From positions 16,921 through 56,776 of the forward strand of contig JBBDRO010000050.1 of the NCBI GenBank assembly GCA_040905425.1: a DNA stretch of 39,856 bases, written 5' to 3'. Position 1 is the first letter of the stretch, and every line of letters starts with the position of its first letter. The DNA comes from Gemmatimonadota bacterium. GTDB lineage: Bacteria > Gemmatimonadota > Gemmatimonadetes > Longimicrobiales > RSA9. Position numbers and translations under genes: made by a program. Below, one piece after another: positions 38,274 through 39,856 of this stretch. Below the pieces are notes generated by a model. The model worked only from the letters and a program-made list of their open reading frames with translations, was not told the origin of the DNA and did not search any database.

Positions 38274-39263
38274 ATGAGCACGCAGGACATCCCGCGCACC
38301 CGCCGCATCCTGACGGAGATCGACCCCGCCTCGTGGGAGCACCCGGCCGACCGCGCCGCGCTCCAGGCCGTACGCCGGATCCCGATCTTCGACCAGGTGC
38401 TCCGCACCGTCTTCGGCATCTTCGGCGAGCGCGCCATCCGCCTGGCCTTCCAGTCCAACGCCGTGCGCGTGGGCCCGAAGCAGTATCCGCGGTTGCACGG
38501 CCTCTATGTGGAGGTGCTGAAGACGCTGGACGCGGAGGAGGACTACCCGCTCTTCGTATCACAGACGCCGCTGGTCAACGCCGGCGCGTACGGCATGGAC
38601 CACCCCTTCATCGTGCTGAACTCGGGGTCGCTCCTGCTGCTCGACGAGGACGAGCTGACCTACCTCATGGGCCACGAGCTGGGCCACATCATGAGCGGCC
38701 ACGTGCTCTACCGCACCATGATCGTCCTGCTCACGCAGCTGGCCACCATGGGCTTCCCGGTGGTGGGACTGGCCGCGCGGGCGGTGCTGGTGGGGCTGCT
38801 GGAGTGGCAGCGCAAGGCCGAGCTGTCCTCCGACCGGGCGGGACTGCTCACCGTGCAGCACCCCGAGGCCGTCATGCGCTCCTTCATGAAGCTGGCTGGC
38901 AGCAACGAGGAGCTGACGCGCGACACCATGAGCCTGGATCAATTCATGATCCAGGCCGAGGAGTACCGCGACGGCGGCGACGCCGTGGACATCGTCTTCA
39001 AGGTGCTGAACCTGCTCGGCGCCACCCACCCCTTCCATGTGCTACGCGCCGCCGAGACGCGCGACTGGATCCAGGCCGGCGAGTACGACCGCATCCTGCG
39101 CGGCGAGTACCGCCACCGCGGCGACGAGCGCGCCCCCTACAAGGAGGACCTGTCCGCCGCCGCCCGCGCCTACCGCGAGGACGCCACCACGCTCTCGCGC
39201 CAGTTCGGCGAGGCGCTCCGGGACCTGCGCGAGAAGATGGCCAGCGGCTTTGCCAAGGGCTGA
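38274..39263 (+). CDS. M48 family zinc metallopeptidase
   Basis: NAGAYG, GHELGHI (HExxH), AELSSDRAGLL and THP motifs. Confidence 0.93.
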   Translation: MSTQDIPRTRRILTEIDPASWEHPADRAALQAVRRIPIFDQVLRTVFGIFGERAIRLAFQSNAVRVGPKQYPRLHGLYVEVLKTLDAEEDYPLFVSQTPLVNAGAYGMDHPFIVLNSGSLLLLDEDELTYLMGHELGHIMSGHVLYRTMIVLLTQLATMGFPVVGLAARAVLVGLLEWQRKAELSSDRAGLLTVQHPEAVMRSFMKLAGSNEELTRDTMSLDQFMIQAEEYRDGGDAVDIVFKVLNLLGATHPFHVLRAAETRDWIQAGEYDRILRGEYRHRGDERAPYKEDLSAAARAYREDATTLSRQFGEALRDLREKMASGFAKG

Positions 39264-39311
39264 GCGGCCGCGCGGCCGGGAGCCCGGCGGCCCGCCGCCC
39301 GGTACCCGCCG

Positions 39312-39461
39312 CCCGTCGTCCGGCGCCCGGTCATCCGGCGCCCCGTCATCCGGCGCCCCGTCATCCGGCGCCCCGTCATCCGGCGCCCCGTCATCCGGCG
39401 CCCCGTCATCCGACGCCCCACCTCCCGGCGGCCCGTCATCCGGCGGCCCACCTCCCGGCGG
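39312..39461. repeat. 15-bp tandem repeat x10, consensus CCCGTCATCCGGCGC
   Basis: Ten contiguous 15-mers; variant CCCACCTCCCGGCGG occurs twice. Confidence 0.95.
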
Positions 39462-39559
39462 CCTCACGCGCCGGTTCGCAGCATAACGCGCGGTGCGCCA
39501 CCGCTACCGCCGGCCTCCGCCTGGCCCGCAGCATATGGCGCGGTGCACCGGCGGGGGTG

Positions 39560-39734
39560 TGTGATCAGACGTGCAACCGCGCGCGTGGCGCGAGCCGGTT
39601 CGGCGTCTGGTGGCACATAGCGCGACCAATCGCGTACGCGCCGAATCGCGGGACGCGCGTGCGCTTCCGACCGCAATAATCCGTGCTAAAGCCAACCGCC
39701 CTGCCGGGCTGCCACGCGTGGGCCTTTGACGACA
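39560..39734. repeat. Dispersed palindromic element, copy B
   Basis: Arms at F39560, R39596, F39621, R39656, degenerate F39681 and R39715; spacers 16/5/15/5/16. Confidence 0.8.
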
Positions 39735-39753
39735 CCGCGCGCGCACGCTGCGG

Positions 39754-39856
39754 CCCGTCACCCGGCGGCCTCTCGCCCGACGGCCCCTGACCCGACGGCC
39801 CCTCACCCGGCGGCCTCTCACCCGGCGGCCTCTCACCCGGCGGCCTCTCACCCGGC
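39754..39856. repeat. 15-bp tandem repeat (six full copies plus a partial running off the window), consensus CCYCTCACCCGGCGG
   Basis: Units start at 39754, 39769, 39784, 39799, 39814, 39829 and 39844; related to the 39312-39461 unit. Confidence 0.95.

Overview
A very GC-rich bacterial chromosome segment. Gene content and style are compatible with Gemmatimonadota, but this is an inference and was not tested. Most of the window is housekeeping genes on the minus strand, tightly coupled through ATGA/GTGA overlaps: glmM-glmS-dtd-maf-glpK, then ltaE-recA-alaS-gmhA-SDR-cca-ZIP-rarA, then LEA2-hflX-DUF2520-pdxJ-pseudo-Hpt-LPG synthase-ispE. The plus strand carries rtcB and a cystathionine gamma-synthase/lyase, D-aminoacylase, M48 peptidase group. 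An accessory zone at about 0.9-4.7 kb lies downstream of tRNA-Gln(UUG). It holds a frameshifted DUF6064-like gene, a TetR plus AHL-lactonase-like operon, and a lower-GC two-gene module (DUF6036/AbiEii-like nucleotidyltransferase plus a C-terminal wHTH protein). That module has a perfect TTGACA-N18-TATAAT promoter positioned for a leaderless mRNA and is bracketed by a 12-bp direct repeat of the tRNA 3' end. The most unusual non-coding signals are: (1) two diverged copies (4895-5071 and 39560-39734) of a ~176-bp element of six alternating inverted ~20-bp arms with identical 16/5/15/5/16 spacing; (2) an orphan AT-rich promoter (TGTATAC x4) followed by a G-U-containing hairpin downstream of rtcB; (3) a 20-bp tandem repeat that makes a chain of coupled 7-aa mini-ORFs between dtd and maf. 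Two proteins look like phosphorelay modules that have lost the phospho-histidine. No CRISPR array, integrase or transposase was seen. All alignments and counts were done by hand.
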